Below are positions 38,485 through 50,473 of a stretch of DNA of 64,000 nucleotides, piece by piece (the first letter of the stretch is position 1; each line of letters starts with the position of its first letter). A program made the position numbers and the translations under genes. A model generated the notes under the pieces. That model was given only the letters and a program-made list of their open reading frames with translations, had not been told where the DNA came from and ran no database searches. The DNA is from Podarcis liolepis (taxonomy: Eukaryota), in NCBI GenBank assembly GCA_965112155.1, contig OZ218099.1, one strand, 5' to 3'.

Positions 38485-38788
38485 TTGTTGTTGTTTAGTT
38501 GTTTAGTCGTGTCCGACTCTTCGTGACCCCATGGACCAGAGCATGCCAGGCACTTCTGTCTTCCACTGCCTCCTGCAGTTTGGTCAAACTCATGCTGGTA
38601 GCTTCGAGAACACTGTCCAACCATCTCATCCTCTGTCATCCCCTTCTCCTTGTGCCCTCCATCTTTCCCAACATCAGGGTCTTTTCCAGGGAGTCTTCTC
38701 TTCTCATGAGGTGGCCAAAGTATTGGAGTCTCAGCTTCAGGATCTGTCCTTCCAGTGAGCACTCAGGGCTGATTTCCTTAAGAATGGA
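38485..38788 (-). mobile_element. Bov-B LINE 3' end
   Basis: Reverse complement of the Bov-B 3' end with (CAA)n tail. Confidence 0.97.
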
Positions 38789-38941
38789 AGGGGCTTGAAT
38801 AACTCAGAGAACTATGCCGAGCAGGGCACCCAAGATGGACAGGTCATAGTGGAGAGTTTTGACCAAACGTGATCCACCTGGAGCAGGAACCGGCAAGCCA
38901 CTCCAGTATCCCTGCCAAAAAAACTCCATGGACAAAGACAA
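38787..38941 (+). mobile_element. Bov-B 5' region fragment, inverted relative to the adjoining 3' end
   Basis: CACCCAAGATGGACAGGTCATAGTGGAGAGTT..GAC...GGAGCAGGAACCGGCAAGCCACTCCAGTAT...CCATGGACA resembles the remembered Bov-B 5' / Bov-A-homologous region. Confidence 0.8.
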
Positions 38942-40456
38942 CACACACACCTACAGGATACATATTGATCGTGTCTAAGGTCATGTGTCCTTGGCTTCAA
39001 ACACCAGCAGTGGGAGGGCACTGGAGCCAAACTGAATGGTAATTTGTACACAGCCTAAGTCTTCTCCCCACATTGTTTTCCTTGTTTTAAACTATCTCAC
39101 ACTCTCTCACACACTGGTAGCTGCCTTCAGTCCTGCTAACCAGTATTTACCTCCTCCCACAAAAGAAAACCAGCAAGGCTAATAGCAGCAAGGAGGGATT
39201 TAAAGTGGAGAAAGTGCATGCACTGCTTGCCTCAATCAAATTTCAAAGCTGCTATGGCTGGTTGTTTTTTTAAAAAAATATGGCTGCTTTAAAAGTAAAA
39301 ATGTTAGGAGATCTGATAAAACGTTTTCTGCATGATGTGTCATTTAGTCAATGCATTAAAGGGCATGTTGCTGTAGTAAGAAACTCAGTCAGACTTCAGC
39401 TGTTCTACTAGATTCATGCAGCTGGCCAGCAGATGTAAATGGGTTTGTAGCCACCCTGCAGATGTCTGAAATTCCCTGTTTACATTCCTTCCCTTTCAAA
39501 GCAGCACAATGCTCCTGTGTTCTGCTATTATTATGCTAATCGCAAGCACATACTCTGTCTTTAAATAAAGAAAAACAATAATCTGTTCCTCTGATTATCA
39601 GCTTGACTTCCCTATCAGGGCCTGCATGCAGTGGGTTTTGTGAGGAAACCCATTGTGAAAGCTGCAGTTTAATGCCCCAGCTGCCAGGGCTGGTGGAAGG
39701 GAGATGGCTTTGGCATCACATTTGGAATGTAGTTCAATGCAGGCACAACTGGGGGGAAAGGGCAACATGAAATAGTAATTCTGGGGGCTATTTAGGTTCT
39801 TTAAGCCTCCGGTGTGTGGGGAGTTGCTGTGAAAATGTGCCAAATGGAAAGCAGCCCTCTGCACCTGTTACATCCATCATCATTTGATACATCATATGTG
39901 CATAATGATTATCCTTTTAATGTCCCCCCGTTATGCTATTTCACTCTACATAATATCAAGTTCTGCTGGACAAAAAACAAACCAAACAGATTTTGTCAAC
40001 ATTCCCCTCTCCCTCCACAGGCCATAATCCCTTTTTATTTCAAGGCGAGGGAGAATTGCCAGTGGAAAGGTATTTAACATGTCATGCTGCTGAATCCTGA
40101 TGTTACCTCAGCAAATAGGCTAAAGGATGGATCTGAAAGAGATACAATTAGAAACTCTGTGACAAGTACTCAGCTAATGAATGGTGACTAACAAAAGCCT
40201 GGAGAGGAAAAGATAGCCATCTCCCTGCCCTCATATCAATGTTTCTTGTCCAGATTATTTTCTCCAGAAGCAAGCAGCGCCCATAGAATCAATCTGTTTG
40301 TTTACACTGAGCTTGCCCTTGAGAACCACTTGGAATTAAGCCAGAAATGTGTATTAGGTTTGGCTGGCTGCAGCTCCACCTAATGCAAAGCACCACCAAT
40401 CTCCCCTCCCCCTGCCAAATTCGACTAACAAGTAAAGCTGAAATGAATGTTTACAT

Positions 40457-40782
40457 CAGCAATGGGGAAGTTCAGGCCCAGGGACCAAATGCAGCCATCC
40501 AGACCTTTCTGTCTGGCCCCAGACCACACCCTGCACTGGGCCTGCTTTGCATCTTCCTTGAGTGTTTTTCTTGGCTGGAATATGCCTTTGAACCCTGACG
40601 GTATTTCCTCCTTTCCTGGGCAGAGGCTAGAAAGGTCTGTATGAAGAAACTAGCGTGTCTGTAGAAAGGTGAAGTTCACATTTGTCACTCCGCCCACTTT
40701 TACCTCTGACTCCACCTTCACTGTCATGTGGCCTATGGAAGGGAACGTGGTCCTTGGGTTGAAAATCGTCCCCCATTCCTTG
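40457..40782. mobile_element. Old hAT-Charlie-type MITE; relatives at ~4260-4490 (reverse) and 48151-48445
   Basis: Perfect 8-bp TSD GTTTACAT at 40449-40456 and 40783-40790; degenerate TIRs; shared GGCTGGAATATG block. Confidence 0.8.
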
Positions 40783-42417
40783 GTTTACATGCATTTGGAA
40801 TTTGGCAACCTTTTCAGGGTTTTTAACTTCATCTTTCAGAATTTCGAACATATTCTAATTTTGCTTTCAAAACTCTGGCAAGGGGCTCTAGGAAAGGCAT
40901 TCTCCCTTTCTTTTAGGACTGTAAGGAGAATGGAGGATGGGGCCCTAATTCTTTTAGGACCAGTTTAAAGGTGCTGGAGATTCCCAATTCCAAAGCAGTG
41001 ACACTTACAAAACTAGCATTACATGATTCTCTTATTATTCCTACTCAGCAGCACTTTTTTGTTTTAACCTCAAAATGAAAAGCCCAAAGTGCACGTTGCG
41101 CTGATTGCAAAAGACAGAGAGAGAGATAGAGATATAAACAGAGTTCCACAAAGTAGGCGGCATTGTCATCGGCTCGAGATCAATTCCTGCAGACTTCAAG
41201 AAGTTACGTGAAAGACAATGCCGGTGGGATACAGGGCAGAGAATGAATGTCTCTTGGTGCTAGACAAATGTGAGACAAAGCTGAAGCATTTATCAAAAAT
41301 AAATGATGAGAGGAAGCCAAGGTGATTATTTTTAGAAAACTAGTCCCTCCCTGACAATGTTCCTTTCCTTCCACATTGCATCATTGAAACCAGCTGATTC
41401 ATGCACTGAGCTTTTAAGCATCCCTCCACTACCTGATGTTGTAACTGTAGAAGGATGGCTACTAGCTGCATCAGTGATCATTCGCCTGCTGCATTCTGAT
41501 TTGATAATGTCTGCTGGATATATATTTGGAGATGGACAAAAACTCATAAGCTGAACTTGTGATACGTATGCAAAAATTAACCCTGTGATAATAAACTCAA
41601 ACTGTTTTCAAACTTCACTGAAAATGTGAAATTACTAAAATAAACTGTTAGTCTTCACCGTTCACCAGAAATACCAATACCAAAGAGAAAGAAAAAAATA
41701 CCTCTTACGTGTCAGCTGTTATTTCCAGGGTATCTTTTAGCTCTGTATCAACTTAGTTGTCTTGCTACACGCTGTTGGTAGCATATATCATGCCAAGATA
41801 TGGGGGGGGGGGAGGATGCAATGAAAATGATTTTGCCTTTTATGTGCTTGGGAAATTGCAATTCCACCCAATATCAGCAAGTGAAACTCTCCTAGCACAT
41901 CCAAATTTGGCCTTGAAGAACAATCCACAAGACCAAAAACAGAATGTCAGAAACTAGTTTCCATTTAACGGTACACATCCAGCTCTTGCAAATGCTTGAA
42001 TCCTCCTTCATAGACACAGAATTTTGCAAAATATGCTTTCTGGGAAGTACATAATGTGATAATTAATCCTAAATTCTGTGTCAACTGTGCCTGTCCTCTG
42101 GCACAGTACTTTTCCTCATCCTTTTTTTTTACTAGGGAAGAAACTGCGTTTCCTGCTAGCTGCGACATGATACAAACAAGATAGCAGAGCAGTTGCATAA
42201 TATATAAACTCTGATTAATCCCATTTTTCTAGTTAAACATTTCCAAGCTATTGTTACTGTCTCTGTCTCTGTCTTGAAAGCTGCAAAATAAAAAGACACA
42301 GGAAGCTGTCTTTGATACTGGATTACATACCTATTCTCTTGCAGGAGAGGAAGGCAAAAAGTTATCTGTGATCTACATTGTTTCCTTTTTTGGGAAATGA
42401 GCTTGGCAAAAATGCAA

Positions 42418-43155
42418 ATTAGTTTAGAAAAAAAGGAGAAGAAGGGGTACATTAAAGAGGCGTGATAGATTATGTGTAATGTGGTGAATGTGAATAGAGA
42501 GTTTTTACCCCTCCCTCATGATACTAGAACCTAGGGCCATTCAAAGATGCTGAATGCTCGGAACAGACAAAAGGAAGTCATTCTTCACACAGTATATATC
42601 GTATTTTTCGCTCTATAAGATGCACCAGACCATAAGACACACCCAGTTTTTGGAGGAGGAAAACAAGAAAAAAAATATTCTGAATCTCAGAAGCCAGAAC
42701 AACAAGAGGGATTGCTGCGCAGCGAAAGCAGCGATCCCTTTTGCTGTTCTGGCTTCTGGGATAGCTGCGCAGCCTGCATTCACTCCATAAGACGCACACA
42801 CATTTCCTCTTACTTTTTAGGAGGGAAAAAGTGAGTCTTATAGAGCAAAAAATACGGTAGTTATACAGTGGAATTTCTTCCCACAAGAGGTAATGAAGAC
42901 TACCAACTTGAATGACTTTCAAAGAGGGTTAGACACATACATGGGGAATACAGGCTAACAGTGGTTACTGGCCAGGATGGCTACATCTCCCCTCCAGTCT
43001 CAGAAACATTATGCCTCTGAATATCAGTTGCTGGGGATCATAAGTGGGGGAAATGCTGCTACAACCAGATTCAGCTTGCAGGCTTCCCATAGGCATCTGG
43101 TTGATCCCTATGAGAATAGGATGCTGGGCTAGATGGGTCTTTGGCCTGATGCAGC
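42418..43155 (+). mobile_element. Older CR1 subfamily 3' end, interrupted by a MITE
   Basis: TDKRKSFFTQ...WN.LPQEV...L..F..GLD remnants; 3' UTR GGCTTCCCATAGGCATCTGGTTG...GGATGCTGG.CTAGATGG (short relatives at 15860-15950 and 28745-28833). Confidence 0.85.
42599..42857. mobile_element. Tc1/mariner-type MITE with internal hairpin
   Basis: TIR CGTATTTTT(C/T)GCTCTATAAGA, TA TSD; internal inverted repeat 42688-42758. Confidence 0.92.
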
Positions 43156-43493
43156 GTGTTTTGGACATGGAGACTGCCTTGTCCTCCAACATCACCTTCT
43201 AAAACCATGCCAATCAATGCCATTTTTTAAAAAAATCAAATGCTGAAGGCCAGCTGCACAGGCTATCTGACTCCTGGCATCTGAGGTAGCAGAAGATACC
43301 AAGCCATGCAGATAGGGGACAGCATTCTTCACACTTACTTGCACAACAAACATATTAGAGAAAGACATTGCAGTCTGCTCCCAGATTGGGCCAATATGCT
43401 GCCATCCAGCTTTAATGGTACTTCCAGACATTGCTTCTAGCATTTCACATAATCTGGGAAACATTTTTTTTTTTTTTAAGCTTCAGTAAAATG

Positions 43494-43916
43494 GTATGGA
43501 AGTGAGAGCTGGACCATAAAGAAGGCTGATCGCCGAAGAATTGATGCTTTTGAATTATGGTGCTGGAGGAGACTCTTGAGAGTCCCATGGACTGCAAGAA
43601 GAACAAACCTATCCATTCTGAAGGAAATCAGCCCTGGGTGCTCACTGGAAGGACAGATCCTGAAGCTGAGGCTCCAATACTTTGGCCACCTCATGAGAAG
43701 AGAAGACTCCCTGGAAAAGACCCTGATGTTGGGAAAGATTGAGGGCACAAGGAGAAGGGGATAACAGAGGACGAGATGGTTGGACAGTGTTCTCGAAGCT
43801 ACCAATATGAGTTTGACCAAACTGCGGGAGGCAGTGAAAGACAGGAGTGCCTGGCGTGCTCTGGTCTATGGAGTCACAAAGAGTCGGACACAACTAAACG
43901 ACTAAACAACAACAAC
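43494..43916 (+). mobile_element. Bov-B LINE, 5'-truncated
   Basis: RVPWTARRTNLSILKEISPGCSLEGQILKLRLQYFGHLMRR; TSD AAAATGGT at 43488-43495 and 43917-43924. Confidence 0.97.
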
Positions 43917-43954
43917 AAAATGGTTATTTCCACTAGATAAAAAGGAGCTACTGT

Positions 43955-44258
43955 CAGGGATGGCTCTTTCCATTTCACTGCCTGAGGCGAAATGGGAAGT
44001 TACCACCCTGTAGCAGCCTTGCAGCAGCCTTCTCCCCCACATCCCCACAGCCTCCTTTACCTGGGATGTGTGGTGGCACCCGTGAAGTGCCAATGATGGT
44101 GGCAGATTCTAGCAAGATTTCACATAGTGCCCAAGATCTTATAAGATCTCACTGGAAATCAGCAGCAGCTAGGTGGGGCACCCATGAGGGTGCCACCTCT
44201 TGGAATTCTGCTGCTTGAGGCAGCTGCTTCAGCCTATCTCATGGGCAAGCAGGCCCTG
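43955..44258. mobile_element. Non-autonomous hAT element
   Basis: CAGGG...CCCTG termini; TSD GCTACTGT / GCTACTAT (7/8). Confidence 0.75.
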
Positions 44259-45469
44259 GCTACTATTGCTAAGGGTGGACAAGTTTGTCAATTTCCACTT
44301 CTCTGTTTCTCATTTTCCAGTTTCCAGTTCACCATATTTCTTCGTCCATTTGCAATTTGAAAAATTCACCTGCATTTCAATGAGCAATTTTGCAAGCAAA
44401 GTTTACATGTTATTTTTCACTGATATATGAATGCTCACGCACACTTTCCCCTAATATGCACATCTTTGTACACAATTTTTAGGGGGGTGGGGTGTTGCAG
44501 TGAGAACCACACTGCAGAATTTGTGGGCATTTTGGAGAAGTCAGGATAGCTGAGTTTCAGTTTGCATATTGTTTCAGGAAGTATGTGGCAGGTAGGTTAG
44601 CAATAATGTGAACTGAACTGAATCTCTCCCCTACCCATAACTGTCTCTGCTGTTGGAGTTTGGATACAAATGTAGGTATCTTGATCCTACTGATCTATCT
44701 GAAGCAAAAGTGATAGGCCAAAAGACAAACACTTCAGTTATTGGGACCATGGGCGAATAAAGCATTCTGGTCACACACAAAGCATGACATTTGAAAGCAC
44801 CTGTGAACATTCTCTATCAAGAGGAGGTCAGCCAGGTTCAAGTGTCCTTTGGGAGAAGGAGCGCAGAACATTTTCTTATCCAGCAATCATCATGGTGTAT
44901 ATGATGAGGTTAAGGTTTTCAGGCAGCTATATTAGACACATTTAGCACTCAGATGGACATGTACTGAGCAGCTTAGTGAAAACTCAGATAGCAAACACTC
45001 GAACAGCTTTTGGCAAACCATGTCCTTTTGAATTGCTCGAGCTTGATGCATCTTTGAGATGATGTTGTGTCACTAGAGGTTAAAGATAAAACAGTAAATT
45101 ATGGAGCCCATTATGACAGGCCAACAGAGGATTATCTCAAATGTTGCTTAGGCGGCTGCTTATTTGTCCTTTAAAGCAGAAAAAGGAACACAGGTTGGGA
45201 TTTCCTTCAACCCTTCAAATGCATTAGCTAAATCATTAAATGAAACATAGAGCTAAGTGCAGCTGGTATGAAGGTATAACAGTAAATGCTCACATTGTTT
45301 TTAATCCCAAATAATGAAGCTGACCAATGGAATTTTGCTCTTCTGTGGTCCTCAGTTTGTTTTCTTTGGGGGAAACCACATGCTCTAAATGTAATTCAAT
45401 GCGTGGTGTGGAGCTTAGGTTAAACATACTGTTTTTGCTATGAACTCACAGGGTATGGTCTCTGAAGGC

Positions 45470-45575
45470 CTACCAGCTTGCTGAAGGGAAGAAGGTCTGG
45501 ATCTGGTCAGTGCCTGAATGGGTAACCACTTAAACACCGCCTTGGATTCCATGACAGACTAAAGATTGAATATAT
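45470..45575 (+). mobile_element. Possible 5S rRNA-derived SINE remnant
   Basis: 45483-45531 aligns without gaps to the remembered 5S internal control region at 33/49. Confidence 0.45.
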
Positions 45576-48500
45576 CATTCTAACTAAGGAACTAACTCCA
45601 CTGGATAGCTTTTAGTAAATTCCTTTCATTTAGCCTATCTGACCTCATCAGCCTGATAAAATTAAATAATCCCATGCAAATCTCTTTGAGCTCCAAGGCT
45701 AAGATATAAATGACAAATGGATTTTAAAAATCTGCACAGTGGCTTCCAGCACCAATCCTAGGGGTTAATTTAAAAGTGGTTTGTACTCAAATGCTGAGAG
45801 ATGATTTGCACAACCCTCAGCTTCAGTGTACTGCCTCTTGGTGTGCAGTCCTGGCTCTTCACCACCCAGGCAACAGTATTAAGAATTAGAATGCCAATCA
45901 AACACCTAAATAATCTTTTTTGGAAAGTAAATCAGAGACTTTTATACAAGTATTATTGTCATGAAGAACTGTAGCGGAAAAGAAGCTTTGCAGTTTATTA
46001 ACTCTACCCTTAATATGCTCTTTTCAGCCATTTCATCTCTTGGGAAGAAGCATATTCAAACAATCAGAATATCTCTAAAGGAGAAAATGCCCTATAATCC
46101 CATTGCAAGCAAGTTTTAAAATTCTTCTAGTATTGAGGCAAAAGTTACAGTATAATTGCAGACTTAATCTTTAAGATCATATTTGATGTAACAAAGTTGA
46201 TCTTCTGAGTTCACTAAATCTCTGTTAACTATAGGATGAACATGCTATTATCATTAACAATCTGGGAACCCACTGAATAAATTTCACCTCATTTTGTTTT
46301 CTTGTTTCAGAAAAATAAGCAGGTATAAGCCCAGGTTCAACGGGGATGGGTGTGTGGGTTCTCTGTGGCCCCTCAAATGACTTAATTCAATTTTAGGTTG
46401 TATTAAATGAAGCACTGAAAGGCTTGGGAAGGAACAGCATTTTTAAAATCTGATCTGGAGCATGGGCATCACAGGTCAAGAACAAAGTTAACCAAGGATT
46501 CGGAGTAGATTGATGAGGATGAGAGAGGGTCTGTGAGGCCAATTCTGTAAGAAAAGCCTGAAGGCAATTTGTTTATGTAGTCAAGGGAATAGAAGGAAGC
46601 AGGTAGGTAGCTTTCAAATACTTAAAAGTCTATCCAAAATAAGGGAGGCTGCAAAAATAACAATTACATATCTGACACATGACCACTTTAATAGAAGCAG
46701 CTATGACCCAGAAGGCCAGCTTCTGGAGTGCTGACTCTCAGGTAGGATGGGGTAAGTCATAAGGCCACAGATGCATTGAACTCCAAACAGTCTCAGTTTT
46801 TAAAAGTGAATTAAAATTGTTACTATGGTGTAAGAAAGTTCTTTAAGCTATCAAGCTCCATTGAAATCCAATATTGTTTCAATTTTGTCTTACGTTTGGC
46901 TTACTTCCTTTGGATTAGAGCCACTGGATTTTGTTATGGCATAGGTTGTAGCCTTTACCTTGAGAGGTATAGGGTAACCCAACCTCCTCTTACCAAGCAA
47001 ACTGAGAACTTTCTCCATACCATTCTAGTCAGTATAAAACATTGACCAGCAGTTGGTCCTGTTAAGAGTGCTGAGGCCCTGGGAGCTGTCCATGAATGCT
47101 AGGTGCTGATGTCTGGCCTGGCCAACTTTATTCCAGCATTCCTAAATGGAAGGATGTTTTGGCTATTGGCTAAATAAGGATTAATCATTGCATAGATGTT
47201 GATAAAAAAATGAAACATTTTTTATCTATGAAGAACCACGCTCAAAAGTGGGAGGACCCAAAGCTCCAGATAAGTCACTTGAGTGGGTTGAGCAAATCCA
47301 AACAGGGAGAGTTAACAAGTTCTCATTATCAAAATAGTGGTTTATATTATAATCAGTGGCAGTCAGGATCACTTCCAATTCTGCTAATCTCTCATTCTGT
47401 AGGCCTTTTATAAAGTTTACTGTAGCTGCACTTTTAGCCAAGGGAAATTCACAGATGGCTAATTAAGGCCTTCCTGTTGCTACTATTCTTTTTTTATTGC
47501 TTAACATTTTCATAGACCATGTGCTGAGTGGGGGGATGCCTGTGGGTAATGACAGAAGCTAGGTGAGGCAAATGCCTCAAGTCAGCACCACTTATGCCCT
47601 GCTATTTCACAATTGGGTAATAAGCAAATGTAAAAGTCACATTGAGATGTTTGAACGTGGATCTGCCCAGAGGTACAACAGCTGTGCAAGGCAAGCTGGA
47701 GACACAGGACTAGGGAAGAGCACAACCTTTCTCCTCCTCATGGTTTTCAAACCTGCCAGCTGTTCAGAGAAGCCACTGTTGCTGTGGACTTCCATAGGAT
47801 TGACTTTTGACCCCTAATATTACTCATTGTGACACTTGGAGCACAGTTCATAAACAACCCCAGGAGAAAAACAGCAAGGATAGATTAAAATGTATTGAGT
47901 TTAGAAATGTTTATTAATGGCATTTAAAAGGTCAAGTGCCTATGCATGAGAGAAATAAGTAGCAAGAGGTATTCTTTGCCTGATATAAATGCTCATGGGC
48001 AGATTCAACAGGCTTTGCTAAAGCAAGAGATGAATGCCAATTCCCACCAGACCCAACCAGCATGGTCAGGAATTGTGGAAGCTGTAATTCAGCAACATCA
48101 GGCACATCACAGCTTGCCCATAGGGGAACAATAGTTTAAGACTTTTAATACAGGGATGGGAAACCTGAGGCCCAGGATGGGTGCAAATGCCCTTGACTGG
48201 AGACTCTGCCCAGGCCACATCCTTCATTGACTCTGCTCTCCATCCCCTTCTAGTGTTTCAACCAGCCTTGAATGTGTCTTTGGACTGTGATAATACCTCT
48301 GACTTGCCTGGAAGAAAGATGGGAAGTCATGCGTGTCTTGGCCACACATAGTTTTGCCATACACACCATTGGTATTTGATTCCTGGAAGGTAACCCATGA
48401 GTGAAGGTTGTCCTTGTACTTTAAAAAAATTCCTCCACTTCCCTGCAATAACAGTTGCATAGAAGAGGGGATTTTGGTTTATGCTGTTTGTCATGCAGAG

Positions 48501-48674
48501 ATAAGGTAAGTCCCTCTCCCATTTATGTGAGAGTAAAGCCTGTTCAACTCAGTGTAACCTACTTCCAAATAGACTTTTACGGGCTTGTACTGCTAGAGGA
48601 GCAGAAGAACAGCCATCTTTTGCATCTCATCAACCCCTCTTTTTTAAAAAAACAAAAAACCTAAACCAGAAGTT

Positions 48675-48989
48675 GAAGAAGAAGAAGAAGAAGAAGAAGA
48701 AGAAGAAGAAGAAGAAGAAGAAGAAGAGTAGTAGTAGTAGTAGTAGTAGTAGTTTGGACTTGATACCCCACCTTTCACTCCCCTTAAGGAGTGTCAAAGC
48801 AGCTAACAATTTCCTTCCGCTTCCTCACCCACAACAAACCCTCTGTGAGGTAAGTGAGGCTGAGAGACTTCAGAGAAGTATGACTAACCCAAGGTCACCC
48901 AGCAACTGCATGTAGAGGAGCAGGGAAGCAATCCTGGTTCACCAGATTATGAGTCCACCGCTCTTAACCACTACACCACGCTGGCTCCC
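48675..48989 (-). mobile_element. Squam2 / Anolis-SINE2-like tRNA-derived SINE with compound (ACT)n(CTT)n tail
   Basis: Head GGGAGCCAGCGTGGTGTAGTGGTTAAGAGC, CORE-like CTGGGTGACCTTGGG, L2-like 3' end; microsatellite tail at 48675-48753. Confidence 0.9.
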
Positions 48990-50291
48990 ACTCACCGCAA
49001 ACTCCATTCATCTGTCCATAGAAAAGTTGTGACACAATCAAGAATATTGGTACTTGCACTTGCACTTGAGGTTTTTCTTCCCCTGATAGTTGACACCAAC
49101 AGTGTTTTGCCCAGGGCTCGATTTTATCAAAGTGAACTAGGCCCTAGCCTATGGCCTGTGATTTTCAAAATATGTCACTGATGCAGTCTACTATTTCTTC
49201 CCTAAGCATTTACCATTCAAAGAGGTCCTCCTCAGCAGCCTGTCATAGGCTCCTGACTTTCATAATATGGCACTGGTTTTGACAGTGGAAAAAAAGAAGC
49301 TTATTAGGTGGCTACTGAGTCCCCCAACTATTTTCACATAGTCCATGAAGGAAACATTTGGAAGCTGCTGCCTTAAACAGACCAGCAGAGATTGCAGTGG
49401 TGATGTCATGGCTGTGAACCGCCTTAGATTGTTGCTCAAGCCACTTAAAGGTACCAGCCTTCCAGCTGAAGACCACTGGTGTAGAACAAGCTCAGGGAGG
49501 GACATTCATCATGCCAGTACAGCACCTCTGACACTGCTGAAGGATGGGGCGCAAGGTAAACCACTTTTATTTAAGCAGGTTATTTCTTAGCCGAGGAATG
49601 ATGCAGTTATTTTAGCAGGATCTATAATCCATTTCAATCTACTTTGGGCATGTTTTATATGTTTTTAAAACTGCTGCAAGGCATCCCTCGAGCCTTAGGA
49701 TTAAGACAGGTTAAAAATGAAAATCAAATCAATACATGAAATATTAAAGTTTGAATGGTAGGGAATTTTCAAACCAATGCATAAATGAAGCTGCAGCCAT
49801 TGCTTCCAAGTGTAGATTGCCAATGATTGCATCTCCTGTATATCTGAGAAATAAATCACTCTTGTGCCAGAAGCCCTTTATGTTAACGTTTTACTGTTGG
49901 ATTGCTACTGGACATACTTCAGTTTAGTACTTTCGGGAGGTTTTTCATCACTGCCTATTGATTCAATGCCTGCCAAAGGAGCAAGCAATGATAATACAAG
50001 CTTTCCCACAAATAGAGGGGATTCAATATTTCAACAGAAGTTTTCAAGCTTAAAGGGGAAAACAAGGGAAAACTCCATGAAGTGTAAAAACTAGTTTATC
50101 TAGTGGTGGCGCTTGACAGGGGGAGAGATGTGTAAAGGAGAATCGTCTCCTTCAAATGAGTGAACTAAGTATGAAGGCTTGCCAAAGTTAACTCCCATGA
50201 CTATTTTGGGGACAGTCACCCACAAGGTGATGTTGCACATGACATGCATCTCACATGCATCTGCCAAACCAGAACAACACCTCCATGGGAA

Positions 50292-50473
50292 CATCCCTCC
50301 AACATTTCTCCAATGAATAGAGGGACATCCTATTCCATCCCCTCCAGCATTTCTCAGAGCAAAAGAGGGACACCCAAAGGGAAAGCAGAACAGTATGGGA
50401 TCAAATCAGAAACCGGGATGGCTTCTGTAACTCTAGGAATGTCCCTGGGAAATCAGGACACTTGGCGGGTCTG
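50292..50473. mobile_element. hAT-like MITE with duplicated left end
   Basis: CATCCCTCCA.CATTTCTC...AGAGGGACA occurs twice; right end GGACACTTGGCGGGTCTG; no TSD seen. Confidence 0.65.

Noticed and set aside
48673-48915. Poly-Lys/poly-Ser ORF
   Set aside because: Translation of the (GAA)n(GTA)n SINE tail.
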